Shown: positions 37,504-47,971 of the stretch, piece by piece | Layout: the number at the start of each line of letters is the position of its first letter | Numbering within the stretch: position 1 is the stretch's first letter | Origin: an uncultured Thermoanaerobaculia bacterium | Lineage (GTDB): Bacteria > Acidobacteriota > Thermoanaerobaculia > Multivoradales > CAZRFU01 | Direction of reading: 5' to 3' | DNA length: 64,000 bases | NCBI GenBank assembly: GCA_964599475.1 | Contig: CAZRFU010000016.1 | Coordinates: 17,619-81,618 of the forward strand | Program-made: the position numbers and the translations under genes | Notes under the pieces: generated by a model | What the model saw: only the letters and a program-made list of their open reading frames with translations | Databases searched by the model: none | What the model was told of the DNA's origin: nothing

Positions 37504-38492
37504 CGACCAGCGTCTCTCGCTGTCGGCAGCAGATCAAAACCGTTGGCTGCCCGCACCCCCCGCAAAACGGCCTGCTCGACCACCAGCTGGGCGAGAACAC
37601 CGAGTTGGTGCGGGTGCGACGGAACACCCCCGGTTGCCAGAATTGCGAGTAAATCGCCGTCGTAGAGCGACAGCGCCGGCGCGAGCACTCGATGAAACGC
37701 GCCGAAGGCGATTCTGGCCGCCTGGCCGAGCGCCAGACGAGGCAACGCGGCGTTGGTCATGATCACGGCGAGCGTCGTGTTGCCGGCCGCCTCCCACGGA
37801 TGACCCTGCCCCGCCGGCTGGACCAACACCGTGCGAGCATCGATCATCTCGAGGGAGTCGGCGGCACGACGACACCCGGCCACGATGGTTCCCGATTGTG
37901 GGTCGATCACGTCACCGAAGGCGTTGACCGCAACGACCGCCGCGACCTCGAGCTCACCGACGCGAATCCGCGCGAACCCGATCCCTCCCTTCATGCCGCA
38001 CTGCCGCCCGTTGGCTTTGCCGACGGTCGCGCCGGTGCCGGCGCCGACACTGCCGATCTCCACGGCGCCGGCCGAGGAGCTCTGGAGGGCTGCTCGCACC
38101 AAATCGGCAGTCGGCCGTGCTCCCGGGTCGCCGAAACCCAGGTCGAAGAGGATCGCCGTCGGCACCAAGGGTACCTTCCCGACCCCGGTATCGAACCCCA
38201 CGCCCGCCCTCTCGAGGTACTTCACCACCTCGTCTGCCGCGCTCAACCCGAAGGCACTGCCTCCCGCCAACACGAACGCGTGAACCGGGGGGCCGAGGTG
38301 CCAGGGGTTGACCAGGGCATCGAGCTGTCGCGTCCCGCTCGCGCTGCCCCGGACTTCGGCCACTGCGCTGGCGCCTGCGGGGCACAAGATCACGGTGACT
38401 CCGGTTCCACCGGCCGCATCGGTGCCGTGTCCGAGCGTGAAACCCGGCACCGCCAGCTCGAGAGACGCCTCGACGTGCACTCCGTCCACCAC
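37500..38492 (-). CDS. Peptidase family S58 (DmpA / P1 aminopeptidase-like)
   Basis: GTGVTVIL, RGSASGTR, AGGSAFGL, GAGTGATVGK and NTTLAVIMTNA motifs. ATGA overlap with the GGDEF gene. Confidence 0.85.
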   Translation of the reverse strand: MVDGVHVEASLELAVPGFTLGHGTDAAGGTGVTVILCPAGASAVAEVRGSASGTRQLDALVNPWHLGPPVHAFVLAGGSAFGLSAADEVVKYLERAGVGFDTGVGKVPLVPTAILFDLGFGDPGARPTADLVRAALQSSSAGAVEIGSVGAGTGATVGKANGRQCGMKGGIGFARIRVGELEVAAVVAVNAFGDVIDPQSGTIVAGCRRAADSLEMIDARTVLVQPAGQGHPWEAAGNTTLAVIMTNAALPRLALGQAARIAFGAFHRVLAPALSLYDGDLLAILATGGVPSHPHQLGVLAQLVVEQAVLRGVRAANGFDLLPTARDAGR

Positions 38493-38625
38493 GCGGAGAT
38501 CCTACGCGCGACCGGTCGAGTGCGGGCGCGAGGTTTCCTCGACGGTCGCGCTTGACGTAGAATCTGGGAACTCGGGTTTCCTCCCGATTCCCTTGCATGC
38601 GACCTCCCCCGGGGAAGGACGGCTG

Positions 38626-39117
38626 ATGCGCTCCGAAAGCTTGGTCATTTTCGACGAAGAGTACCACCACCTCGAAGAGGCTCTAAGCCGACTTCGCGCC
38701 GACGCCAACGCCAAGGCGGTGTTCCTGATCGACAAGAACGGTCAGGAGATCGCCTCGGCCGGCGAAACCGAGAAGTTCGACTCGACCTCCTTGGCATCGT
38801 TGACCGCCGGCAACGTCGCTGCGACCGACGGTCTTGCCAAGGTCATCGGCGAACGCGAGTTTTCGGTGCTGTTCCACGAGGGTCAACAAGACCACATTCA
38901 CATCTCGATCGTGGCCCGACGCGCGATCCTGCTGGTCATCTTCGACGAGCGCAGCTCCCTCGGGCTGGTGCGCCTCAGGGTCAAGCGGGCGAGCTCGGAG
39001 ATGGAACAGATCTTCGAGGACATGGTCAAGAAGAGCCAGCAGAGCTCGGCAGGCGACGCTGCGACGCCCTTCTCCGAGATCACCGACGACGACATCGACG
39101 CTCTGTTCGGCGAATGA
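38626..39117 (+). CDS. mglB: MglB, Roadblock/LC7-domain GAP of MglA
   Basis: Near-collinear with Myxococcus MglB as I recall it: [40 protein letters not shown] and C-terminal [10 protein letters not shown]. Confidence 0.9.
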   Translation: MRSESLVIFDEEYHHLEEALSRLRADANAKAVFLIDKNGQEIASAGETEKFDSTSLASLTAGNVAATDGLAKVIGEREFSVLFHEGQQDHIHISIVARRAILLVIFDERSSLGLVRLRVKRASSEMEQIFEDMVKKSQQSSAGDAATPFSEITDDDIDALFGE

Positions 39118-39142
39118 TCGCGGGTGGCAGCGAGAGCCTTCG

Positions 39143-39727
39143 ATGACCTACATCAACTACGCCAGCAAAGAAATCAACTGCAAGATCGTCTACTACGGCC
39201 CCGGGCTGGGTGGCAAGACCACCAATCTGCAGTACATCTACGGCAAGACCGCGCCTGATGCCAAGGGCAAGATGATCTCGCTTGCGACCGAAGCCGATCG
39301 CACGCTCTTCTTCGACTTCTTGCCCCTCGACCTCGGGTCGATTCGCGGCTTCAAGACCCGTTTTCATCTCTACACCGTCCCCGGCCAGGTGTTCTACGAC
39401 GCGAGCCGCAAGCTCATCCTCAAGGGCGCCGACGGCGTGGTGTTCGTCGCGGACAGCCAGGAAGAGCGGATGGATGCGAACATCGACTCGATCCGCAACC
39501 TCGAAGAGAACCTCACCGAGCATGGGCTCGACCTGACCACCATCCCCTACGCCCTGCAATTCAACAAGCGCGACCTGCCGACCGCCATGCCGGTCGACCA
39601 GATGTACCGCATGCTCAACTACAAGCGCGAACCGACCTTCGAGGCCGTCGCCTCGGACGGCATGGGGGTGTTCGACACCCTGAAGTCGGTGGCCAAGCAG
39701 ATCCTCGTCGAGCTGCGCAAACGCTGA
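39143..39727 (+). CDS. mglA: MglA, Ras-like polarity GTPase
   Basis: [77 protein letters not shown] and NKRDLP. Confidence 0.95.
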   Translation: MTYINYASKEINCKIVYYGPGLGGKTTNLQYIYGKTAPDAKGKMISLATEADRTLFFDFLPLDLGSIRGFKTRFHLYTVPGQVFYDASRKLILKGADGVVFVADSQEERMDANIDSIRNLEENLTEHGLDLTTIPYALQFNKRDLPTAMPVDQMYRMLNYKREPTFEAVASDGMGVFDTLKSVAKQILVELRKR

Positions 39728-39731
39728 GCTC

Positions 39732-39747
39732 GGGAGCCATCGCTCCC
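39732..39747 (+). terminator. Short hairpin after mglA (weak terminator candidate)
   Basis: GGGAGC-CATC-GCTCCC, 5 nt after the mglA stop. No U-tract. Confidence 0.3.
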
Positions 39748-39865
39748 CATGATCGACGTCTACGACCCTCTGCGCCGCGAGCTGCTCGATCTCCCCCTCG
39801 AGCACCGCGGATCTTCATTTCTCCCCGAGGCCTGAGCGCCCTTCCGCCCCCAAAGGAGCCCTGCG

Positions 39866-40483
39866 ATGAGCAAGCGCTGGCAAAAAGTCGAAGTCCAATA
39901 CCTGACCAAACACGCCACCTCCAAGACCGTCGACGAGTTGGCTGAGCGATTCCACACCGACGCCGCCGAGGTGACGGCCAAACTCATCGAGCTTGGGCTG
40001 ATCGCCGACCCGAACGGCGGCAACGGCGACCAGGAGGCGGCCGCACTGGCTGCTTTCGAAAGTGGCCTCGAAGCCTTGTTCGCCCAACGACACGCGGCCG
40101 CGCTCGAGAGTTTCCGCACCGCGGCGGCGATCGGCGACGAGTACCCCGACCTCGCAGCGCGCAGTCGGCAGTACCTCGACATCGCCGCTCGCAAGCTCGC
40201 CGAGGCGCCCGAGCCCGACCCGTTTGCGGTTGCAGTGTGGTCCAAGAACGTCGGTGACCTGCAGGGCGCTTTGGCGCACGCCACCCCACTCGCCGGCAAG
40301 GACGAGCGGTTCACCTACCTGGCGGCAGCGACGTCGAGCCTGGCCGGCGACACCGCACGCGCCCTCGACTATCTCGCCAAGGCGATCGAAATGATGCCGC
40401 GGAATCGACGCTTTGCGGCCAACGATCCCGACTTCGAGGCACTGCGTGGCGACGCCTCCTTCGCCGCGCTGGTCCGCGGCTGA
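39866..40483 (+). CDS. Hypothetical protein with TPR-like helices
   Basis: AAAGGAG upstream of the ATG. The C-terminus NDPDFEALRGDASFAALV resembles the end of TPR groups. Confidence 0.65.
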   Translation: MSKRWQKVEVQYLTKHATSKTVDELAERFHTDAAEVTAKLIELGLIADPNGGNGDQEAAALAAFESGLEALFAQRHAAALESFRTAAAIGDEYPDLAARSRQYLDIAARKLAEAPEPDPFAVAVWSKNVGDLQGALAHATPLAGKDERFTYLAAATSSLAGDTARALDYLAKAIEMMPRNRRFAANDPDFEALRGDASFAALVRG

Positions 40484-41465
40484 GGCGACGACGGAGGTCC
40501 CCGGCGACCTCCGTGTCGTCACGGTCGGGGGAGGGTCCGGCCTCTCGGTCGCGCTTTCGGGCCTCAAGCGCCATGTCGGCCGCGAGATCGCCGATCTCGC
40601 GGCGGTGGTGACCGTGGCCGACGACGGCGGCTCGTCCGGGCGCCTGCGGCGCGACTTCGGCGTGCCCGCGCCGGGTGATATCCGCAGCTGCCTGGTGGCC
40701 CTGGCCGACGACGAGGACCTGCTGGCACGGCTCTTCCAGTACCGCTTCCAGCTCGGCGAGGGACTCTCCGGCCACTCCTTCGGCAACCTCTTCCTGACCG
40801 CCGTCGCAGGGGTAACCGGGGACTTCTACCAGGCGGTCGAAACCGCAGAGAAGGTCCTCTCGGTTCGCGGCAGAATCCTGCCGGCAAGCCTCGGCGGCGA
40901 CCTTCAGCTGCGCGGGCGTGGAGTTTCGGGCAAACAGTACCAGGGCGAGTCGGCGGTCGGCCTTTCCGGCGAGCGACTGACCGAGCTCGTCCTCGACCCT
41001 CCCCACGCCCACGCCTTCCCCCCCGCGGTCGAAGCGCTCGAGCACGCCGACCTGATCGTGCTCGGGCCCGGCTCGCTGCACACCTCGATCATCCCCAATC
41101 TCCTGATCCCCGGCATTCGTGCAGCCATTCGGCGCTGCCCGGCGCCCACGGTGTTGGTCGCGAATCTGATGACCCAGCCGGGGGAAACCGACGACCTGAG
41201 CCTGCTGGATCACCTCCAGGCGATCTGGCAACACGCCGGCGAGGGGCTCGTCGACGTCGTGTTGATCAACCGCTCCCCGCTCGACCCCGCGGCCGTGGCA
41301 CACTACCGCGAAGCCGGTGCCGCACCGGTCGCGATCGACGTCGCGGCCATCGAGGCCCACGGCGTCCGGGTGGTGGCGGCGGACCTCGTTGCGCCCGGCG
41401 CCCTGGTTCGGCACGACCCCAATCATCTGGCCGAGGCCCTGCTGGGGCTGGCCGTGGAGCCTTGA
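40413..41465 (+). CDS. YvcK / CofD-like (UPF0052) gluconeogenesis-factor family protein
   Basis: VTVGGGSGLS, VTVADDGGSSGRLR, GDIRSCLVAL and GHSFGNLFL motifs. The start is uncertain: TTG 40413 or GTG 40446, both overlapping the upstream gene. Confidence 0.85.
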   Translation: MRPTIPTSRHCVATPPSPRWSAAEATTEVPGDLRVVTVGGGSGLSVALSGLKRHVGREIADLAAVVTVADDGGSSGRLRRDFGVPAPGDIRSCLVALADDEDLLARLFQYRFQLGEGLSGHSFGNLFLTAVAGVTGDFYQAVETAEKVLSVRGRILPASLGGDLQLRGRGVSGKQYQGESAVGLSGERLTELVLDPPHAHAFPPAVEALEHADLIVLGPGSLHTSIIPNLLIPGIRAAIRRCPAPTVLVANLMTQPGETDDLSLLDHLQAIWQHAGEGLVDVVLINRSPLDPAAVAHYREAGAAPVAIDVAAIEAHGVRVVAADLVAPGALVRHDPNHLAEALLGLAVEP

Positions 41466-41469
41466 CCCC

Positions 41470-42846
41470 ATGTCCGCACCTCGCATCGCCGTGATCCTCG
41501 CCGCCGGCCGCGGCACCCGTCTGCGCTCGCGCCTGCCCAAGGTCCTCCACGAGGTGGGCGGCAAACCGCTGCTCGCGTGGCCCCTCGATCTGGCGGCAGA
41601 AGTCGGCTGCGAGCGACGGATCGTGGTGGCGAATCCCGAGTCGCTCCCGGCTCTCCGGAAGGCCTTTCCGGATCCCACGATCGAGTGGCGTATCCAGGAT
41701 CCCCCGCGCGGCACAGGTGATGCACTGGCCTGCGGCCTGGAGGCGGTTTCCGGGGACGCGGCGGTGTTGGTGCTGTCGGGGGATGCACCCTTGCTGAGGG
41801 TCGAAACCGCCGAACGCCTCCTGGCACATGCCGACTCCGGAGCCGGCGCGATGGCGGTAGCGTGGGTCGAACGCCCAGGTTCGCTCGGCCGGGTCTTCGC
41901 CAATGCTCACGGCGCGCTCGAACGCATCGTCGAAGTCGCCGACGCTCGCCCCGAGGAGCTCGAACATGGTCTGGTCAACGCCGGCTTCTACGCCTTCTCG
42001 GCTCGTGCTCTGGCTCCTCAGCTGACCGCCCTCGAGCCCCACAACGCCCAAGGCGAGCTCTACCTGACGGACGCCGTCGTGGCGGCCGCCGCAACGACAT
42101 CCGTGGCGCTGGTCGAGCTCGAGGCCGGCGAGGCCTTGGGGGTCAACTCGCGCGCCGACCTCGCCCGGGTCCAATCTGCCCTGGCCGAGCGCGTTGCAGC
42201 GCGGCTGATGGACGCGGGCGTAACCATCCTCGATCCCAAGAGCACCGTGATCGATGCTGAGGTCACCATCAGCGCCGACACGATCGTCCACGCCGGGGTG
42301 CACCTGCTCGGCCGTTGCCGGATCGGCAGCGGCTGTGTTCTGCACGCCGGCGCGTGGATCCGCTCCAGCATGATCGGCGACGAGGTCGAAGTGTTGCCGT
42401 ATTCGGTCGTCGACCAGGCCCGCGTCGGGTCGGGCTCGAAGGTGGGACCGTTCGCGCGGCTGCGCCCCGGAACCGAGCTCGAAAGTGACGTGCGCGTCGG
42501 CAACTTCGTCGAGGTCAAGAACGCGCGGCTCGCAGCCGGCGTCCGTGCTGGGCATCTGGCCTACCTCGGCGACGCCACCGTCGGGGCCGGAACCAACATC
42601 GGCGCCGGAGTGGTCACCTGCAACTACGACGGCGCCCGCAAGCATCACACGACCATCGGGCGCGACGCCTTCGTCGGCAGCGATACGATGCTGGTGGCGC
42701 CGGTGACGGTGGGCGACCGCAGCACCACCGCCGCCGGATCGGTGATCACTCACGACGTTCCCGACGACGCCTTGGCCGTCGCTCGCGCGCGTCAGCGGGT
42801 GATCGCCGACTGGTCGAGCCGCCGCCCCCGGCGCGAGGAGCACTGA
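41470..42846 (+). CDS. glmU: Bifunctional UDP-GlcNAc pyrophosphorylase / GlcN-1-P acetyltransferase
   Basis: ILAAGRGTRLRS..PKVLH N-terminus and left-handed beta-helix hexapeptide repeats in the C-terminal half. Confidence 0.93.
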   Translation: MSAPRIAVILAAGRGTRLRSRLPKVLHEVGGKPLLAWPLDLAAEVGCERRIVVANPESLPALRKAFPDPTIEWRIQDPPRGTGDALACGLEAVSGDAAVLVLSGDAPLLRVETAERLLAHADSGAGAMAVAWVERPGSLGRVFANAHGALERIVEVADARPEELEHGLVNAGFYAFSARALAPQLTALEPHNAQGELYLTDAVVAAAATTSVALVELEAGEALGVNSRADLARVQSALAERVAARLMDAGVTILDPKSTVIDAEVTISADTIVHAGVHLLGRCRIGSGCVLHAGAWIRSSMIGDEVEVLPYSVVDQARVGSGSKVGPFARLRPGTELESDVRVGNFVEVKNARLAAGVRAGHLAYLGDATVGAGTNIGAGVVTCNYDGARKHHTTIGRDAFVGSDTMLVAPVTVGDRSTTAAGSVITHDVPDDALAVARARQRVIADWSSRRPRREEH

Positions 42847-42849
42847 GTC

Positions 42850-44676
42850 ATGTGTGGAATCGTCGGCTATGTCGGCACCAAACAGGCAGCCCCGCTGCTG
42901 CTCGATGGCCTCCGGAGGCTCGAGTATCGCGGCTACGACTCCGCCGGGCTCGCCATTCTCGACGGCCCCGAGCTGTCGGTGCGGCGCGCCGAGGGCAAGC
43001 TGCAGGAGCTCGTCGACCGCGTCGCACACGACCCCGTGACGGGAAGCTGTGGGCTCGGGCACACCCGGTGGGCCACCCACGGGCGACCGTCGGAACGCAA
43101 TGCTCACCCGATTCGCGACGCCTCCGGTCGGGTGGTGGTCATCCACAACGGCATCATCGAGAACTTCCTGCCGCTCAAGCATCGACTCCAGGCCGAGGGC
43201 GTCTCCTTCGTGACGGACACCGACACCGAGGTGATCGCCAACCTGGTCGCCAGCTTCCTCGACCAAACCGGCGGAGATCTGGCCCAGGCCGTGCGCCGCG
43301 CGCGGCGCGAGCTCGAGGGGCACTACGCGTTCGCAGCCCTGGCGCGTGACGGCAGGGTGCTGGTGGCGGCCCGCAGCGGCCCACCCCTGGTCCTCGGCGT
43401 GGGCGAGGGCGAGCTCTTCCTCGCTTCGGATCCCATCGCCCTGCTCGCGTCGACGCGCGACATCATTTTCCTCGAAAACGGCGACCTCGCCCGCCTCGAC
43501 GACACCTCCCTGCGCGTGCTCGACCAGCACGACCGACCAATCGAACGGCCCCTGCAGCGCCTCACCTGGGATCCCATCCAGGCCGAAAAGGGCGGCTACA
43601 AGCACTTCATGCTCAAGGAGATCCACGAGCAGCCGCGAGCCGTCCAGGACACCTTCGGCGGCCGCCTGGACTTCTCCCGCCGTGAGGTCACCCTCGATGG
43701 CTTCGAAGCCGTGGCGTCGCAATTGCGCGATGCCCAGCGGCTGGTACTGTTGGCCTGCGGCACCTCGTGGCACGCCGCGCTGGTCGGCAAGTTCATGATC
43801 GAGAGCCTTGCCGGGCTGCCGGTCGAGGTCGACTACGGCTCGGAATACCGCTACCGCAACCCCATCGTGCGCCCCAATACCGTCGCGGTCGGCATCACCC
43901 AGAGCGGCGAAACCGCCGACACCCTCTCGGCGATGGAGGCCGCCAAGGAGCGCGGCGCCACCCTGCTGACCATCTGCAACGTGCCCGGCAGTCAGGCCAC
44001 CCGCATCACCGATGGCGCCCTGCTGACCCATGCCGGCCCCGAAATCGGCGTCGCCTCGACCAAGGCCTTCACCACTCAGCTGGTCGCGCTCTACCTGCTG
44101 GCCCTCGAGCTTCGCAGCCGTCAGGGCCTGGCCTTGGCCGAAGAGCACCTCGGCGCTTTGGCGCACCTGCCCAGCGCCCTCGAGGAGGTCCTCGGGCTCG
44201 AGGCCCAGATCGACGAGGTCGCACGCCAGTTCCACCGCGCCGAGGACTTCCTCTACCTCGGCCGCGGCGCCAACTACCCGATCGCTCTCGAGGGTGCGCT
44301 CAAGCTCAAGGAAATCAGCTACATCCACGCCGAGGGTTATCCCGCCGGCGAGATGAAACACGGACCCATCGCCCTGATCGACGAGGACCTGCCGGTCGTG
44401 GCGATCGCCACCGACGACATGGTCTTCGACAAGGTCCGCAGCAACCTCCAGGAGGTCCGTGCTCGCGACGGTCGCGTCCTGGTCGTGACCGATCGGCCGC
44501 CGAGCGAATTCGCCGACCTCGCCGAGGTGGTGTTCCCGGTGCCGCGCCTGTCTCGCCACCTCCAGCCGATCGTCAACGTCGTGCCGCTCCAGCTGTTGGC
44601 ATACTCGATCGGAGTCAAGCGCGGCTGCGACGTCGACCAACCGCGCAACCTGGCCAAGAGTGTGACCGTCGAGTGA
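42850..44676 (+). CDS. glmS: Glutamine--fructose-6-phosphate aminotransferase
   Basis: [10 protein letters not shown]-terminus, two SIS domains and the C-terminal NLAKSVTVE. Confidence 0.97.
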   Translation: MCGIVGYVGTKQAAPLLLDGLRRLEYRGYDSAGLAILDGPELSVRRAEGKLQELVDRVAHDPVTGSCGLGHTRWATHGRPSERNAHPIRDASGRVVVIHNGIIENFLPLKHRLQAEGVSFVTDTDTEVIANLVASFLDQTGGDLAQAVRRARRELEGHYAFAALARDGRVLVAARSGPPLVLGVGEGELFLASDPIALLASTRDIIFLENGDLARLDDTSLRVLDQHDRPIERPLQRLTWDPIQAEKGGYKHFMLKEIHEQPRAVQDTFGGRLDFSRREVTLDGFEAVASQLRDAQRLVLLACGTSWHAALVGKFMIESLAGLPVEVDYGSEYRYRNPIVRPNTVAVGITQSGETADTLSAMEAAKERGATLLTICNVPGSQATRITDGALLTHAGPEIGVASTKAFTTQLVALYLLALELRSRQGLALAEEHLGALAHLPSALEEVLGLEAQIDEVARQFHRAEDFLYLGRGANYPIALEGALKLKEISYIHAEGYPAGEMKHGPIALIDEDLPVVAIATDDMVFDKVRSNLQEVRARDGRVLVVTDRPPSEFADLAEVVFPVPRLSRHLQPIVNVVPLQLLAYSIGVKRGCDVDQPRNLAKSVTVE

Positions 44677-46889
44677 AGGCGACGGGCGATCTGCTCGCCG
44701 CTCTCGATCCGGATCAGCGCGCCGCCGTCACGCACGGGGAGGGTCCCCAACTGGTGCTCGCCGGCGCCGGGTCCGGCAAGACCCGCGTGATCACGTACCG
44801 CATCGCCTTCCTGGTGCGCGAATGTGGGGTCGTCCCCGAGGCGATCAGCGCGATGACTTTCACCAACAAGGCCGCGGCCGAAATGCGCGAGCGGGTCCAA
44901 GGGCTGCTCGGCTGGGAGAGCCTGCCGACCTTCGTCGGGACCTTCCACCGCTTCGCCCTGCGCGGTTTGCGGCGCTTTGGCCGCCGCGTCGGGCTGGCAC
45001 CCGACTTCGCGATCTTCGACACCAAGGATCAGCTCGAGCTGGTCAAACGTGCCCTCGAGCTCGAGGGGCTGGCCGAGACGAGCTTCCCGCCGCGCACGGT
45101 GCTCTCGCGCATCAGCGCATGTAAGAACCGCCTGCAGGATCCCGAACACTTCGCGCGCGAGGCCGTGGGCTTTTTCGAGGAGCGGCTCGCGCCGGTGTAT
45201 CGGCGCTACCAAGGCCTGTTGCACAAGGCCTCCGCGGTCGACTTCGACGACATGTTGTTCCTGGCGGTGCGGCTGCTGCGCGAAGCGCCCGAGGTGCGCG
45301 AGTGGGGCTGGGGCGGTCCAGAGTATTTGCTCGTCGACGAGTTCCAGGACACCAATACCGCCCAGCTCGAGCTGGTGCGCCTGCTGATCGGCGAGAGCGG
45401 CAACCTCACGGCGGTGGGCGACGAGGATCAGGGAATCTACCGGTGGCGGGGTGCCGAGCTCCAGAACATCCTCGAGTTCGAAAAGAGTTTCCCTGGGGCC
45501 ACGGTGCGTAAGCTCGAACGCAACTACCGCTCGACCAAGACCATCGTCGACGCGGCCAGCGCCGTGGTTGCCAACAATCGCCTGCGACGAGGCAAGACCC
45601 TGTGGACGGACCGTGAAGCCGGGGCCACGATTTCGGTCTTCCACGCCGCCGACGAGGGTGAAGAGGCCACCTGGATCGGCGCCGGCATCAGCCGTCTGCT
45701 GCGTGAGTACCGCGCCGACCAGATCGCCGTGCTCGTCCGTACCCACGCCCAGACGCGTGTTCTCGAGGAGGACCTGCTGCGCCGGGGCATCCCTTACCAG
45801 CTGCTGGCAGGCGTTCGCTTCTACGACCGCGCGGAGATCAAGGACATCCTCGCCTGGTTGCGAGTGCTGCGCAACCCTCGCGACGATTGGTCCCTTTCAC
45901 GGGTGATCAACGTGCCTCCGCGCGGGATCGGCGCGGGCACGGTCGAGTCGCTCACTCAACGCGCGAACGAGCTCGGTGGGGTGCGCCTGTGGGACGTCCT
46001 CGCCCAGCGCGCCCTGCACGACCTCCCCTCACGGGGCCGCCGCGCCCTCGAGGCTTTCGCCGAGTTGGTCGAGTCGCTTCAGCGCAGTATCGACCAGCAC
46101 GACCTTCCCAGCCTCCTACTCGATCTGCTGCAGCGCACCCGCTACCGCGAGCTCTACGCCTCCGAAACCGAAGAGGACGACGCGCGCCTGGCCAACATCG
46201 ACGAACTGGTCTCGGCGGCCGGAGAGCTCCAGGAATCCGACCCGAACCTACGCGGAGCCGAAGCCCTGACCGCGTTCCTCGACCACGTGTCGCTGGTCGC
46301 CGATGTCGATGGGGCGGGTGCCAGCGGGGTCTTGCTCATGACCTTCCACACCGCCAAGGGCCTCGAGTTCCCGGCGGTGTTCCTCGCGGGCCTCGAGGAC
46401 GGGCTGATGCCGCATTTCAACTCCAAGGACAACCTTGCCGATCTCGAGGAGGAACGCCGCCTGCTGTACGTCGGAATGACCCGAGCCCAGGAGCGGCTGC
46501 TGCTGTCGACCTGCCGACGACGACGGGTTTCGGGCACCTGGATGGATCGCGAGCCCTCGGCGTTCCTCACCGAGGTCCCGGGCTCGCTGGTGGACGAGGA
46601 ACGCTCCTCGGCGCTGTGGCGTCCCACCCGCGAACAGTCCGTCTACAGCTTCTTCCAGGGCGGCTCGCGGCCCAGCCCTCCCGCCTCGGCCCCGCGCCGT
46701 CCGGCTCCAACGGCAGGCCCCGCCGGCGGCTCCGGGTTCCGGCCGGGTACTCGGGTCGTGCACCCGACGCTCGGGCCGGGCGTGATCCTCGAGGTCGACA
46801 CCGCCGGTGAGGAGAGACTCACGGTTTTCTTCGAGCGAGCCGGAAAGAGGCGCTTGGTCGCCAAGTACGCCAACCTCACTCGGGCGTAG
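44673..46889 (+). CDS. uvrD: UvrD/PcrA/Rep-family SF1 DNA helicase
   Basis: GTGA overlap with glmS. AGAGSGKTRV, VDEFQDTN, YRSTK and VGMTRA motifs, plus a Tudor-like C-terminus. Confidence 0.92.
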   Translation: MKATGDLLAALDPDQRAAVTHGEGPQLVLAGAGSGKTRVITYRIAFLVRECGVVPEAISAMTFTNKAAAEMRERVQGLLGWESLPTFVGTFHRFALRGLRRFGRRVGLAPDFAIFDTKDQLELVKRALELEGLAETSFPPRTVLSRISACKNRLQDPEHFAREAVGFFEERLAPVYRRYQGLLHKASAVDFDDMLFLAVRLLREAPEVREWGWGGPEYLLVDEFQDTNTAQLELVRLLIGESGNLTAVGDEDQGIYRWRGAELQNILEFEKSFPGATVRKLERNYRSTKTIVDAASAVVANNRLRRGKTLWTDREAGATISVFHAADEGEEATWIGAGISRLLREYRADQIAVLVRTHAQTRVLEEDLLRRGIPYQLLAGVRFYDRAEIKDILAWLRVLRNPRDDWSLSRVINVPPRGIGAGTVESLTQRANELGGVRLWDVLAQRALHDLPSRGRRALEAFAELVESLQRSIDQHDLPSLLLDLLQRTRYRELYASETEEDDARLANIDELVSAAGELQESDPNLRGAEALTAFLDHVSLVADVDGAGASGVLLMTFHTAKGLEFPAVFLAGLEDGLMPHFNSKDNLADLEEERRLLYVGMTRAQERLLLSTCRRRRVSGTWMDREPSAFLTEVPGSLVDEERSSALWRPTREQSVYSFFQGGSRPSPPASAPRRPAPTAGPAGGSGFRPGTRVVHPTLGPGVILEVDTAGEERLTVFFERAGKRRLVAKYANLTRA

Positions 46890-46928
46890 GCTGGCATACG
46901 GGATCGGGTATCGGGGCCAAGACACCGG

Positions 46929-46948
46929 AGGCCCGTCGCGAAGGCCTC
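46929..46948. terminator. Hairpin between the convergent uvrD and MarR-GNAT genes
   Basis: GAGGCC, a 9-nt loop, then GGCCTC. Preceded by imperfect GGGATC/GGGTATC/GGGGCC heptad-like repeats (46900-46919). Confidence 0.3.
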
Positions 46949-46950
46949 GC

Positions 46951-47910
46951 TCAGCCCCAGCCGGCGGCCAGCTCGCAGCTCATCACCACCGACTGCCGCG
47001 CATACCCAGGGTGCCTCACCGGAGGCGCCGGCACCGGTGAGAAGCCCAGGCTGCGGAAGAACGCCATCGCAACCGGCAGCTGGGGGCTGGTGAAGAGAAA
47101 GAGGCGATCGATGCCGCGTCGCGCGCACAAACCGATGGCGGCACGAGCGAGACCTCGCCCGATCCCGCGACGACGATAAGCCGGCCGCACCGCCATCTTG
47201 GTGAGCTCGGCTACGGCGGCATCGTCGAGGTCATGGAACATCAAGGCGCAGGTGCCCACGACCTCTCCCTTCGCCAAGGCAAAGAGGATCTCGCCGCCGG
47301 CCGCGATCACCACCTCGGCAGGGCGCTCCAGCACCTCGCGATCGAGTGGCTCGACCTCGAACGTCTCTTCCAGCCACTCGAGGTTCAGCGCTCGAAAGGC
47401 CGGCGCCAACTCCGGACGGAACTCGACGATCTCGAAGTCGCGGCTGGGCTCGAGACGCTCGCGTAGCGGCCGCTCACCGAGCTTCATCTCGAGGCGTTCG
47501 AGCTGGGCGAGCAGCCCGGCTGCCTGGCTTTCCTCGACCAGCTCGAACGTCGCCCGCTCGACCGATCGCCACAGCGGCTGCAGCCGCTGCAGCACCTCGG
47601 CGCCGCGTGGCGTGATCGTCACCAGCCGTGGACCTCGGCCCGAGGCGCCACCGCCACAGACCGCAAAGCCGCGCTGCTCGAGCGCTCGCACCGCTTGGTT
47701 GAGCTGGGAGTATTCGAGCCCCAGCTGTGCCGCCAGATCGACCATCGCCACCGGCTCCGCACCGAGCGCCCGCAGCACCAGGAACCAGCGTGCACGCAGG
47801 TCGACACCGTGTTGAGTGTAGATCGTCGAGACCTCCTCCTGGAGCTGCTCACCGAGGCGCCGCAACCGACTCGCCAAACCTAGGCAACCAAGTTCCCTCA
47901 ACAGGTCCAC
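46951..47910 (-). CDS. MarR-type HTH fused to a GNAT acetyltransferase
   Basis: The N-terminal winged helix (WFLVLRALG..PVAMVDLAAQLGLEYSQLNQAVRALEQRGF) is followed by a GNAT core (MAVRPAYRRRGIGRGL). The start is GTG 47910, 47931 or 47937; the listed start at 48399 is antisense to sbcD. Confidence 0.75.
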   Translation of the reverse strand: MDLLRELGCLGLASRLRRLGEQLQEEVSTIYTQHGVDLRARWFLVLRALGAEPVAMVDLAAQLGLEYSQLNQAVRALEQRGFAVCGGGASGRGPRLVTITPRGAEVLQRLQPLWRSVERATFELVEESQAAGLLAQLERLEMKLGERPLRERLEPSRDFEIVEFRPELAPAFRALNLEWLEETFEVEPLDREVLERPAEVVIAAGGEILFALAKGEVVGTCALMFHDLDDAAVAELTKMAVRPAYRRRGIGRGLARAAIGLCARRGIDRLFLFTSPQLPVAMAFFRSLGFSPVPAPPVRHPGYARQSVVMSCELAAGWG

Positions 47911-47971
47911 ATGGGCACTACGGACCGGCACGCCCACGGTTGCACCATCGGCCTGGTATCCTCGCGCCTCG

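Noticed and set aside
38552-38563. TTGACG and TAGAAT hexamers upstream of mglB considered as a promoter
   Set aside because: The two hexamers are directly adjacent, so they cannot be a -35/-10 pair. Neither has a convincing partner at 16-18 nt spacing.
42847-42849. glmS ribozyme upstream of glmS
   Set aside because: Only 3 nt separate glmU and glmS, so there is no space for the ribozyme.
41266-44640. 1124-aa ORF on the minus strand, the longest in the track
   Set aside because: It is antisense to glmU and glmS, which have unmistakable full-length homology. Its translation is low-complexity and rich in G/A/D/R/V with no motifs. Long stop-free antisense frames are expected at this GC content.
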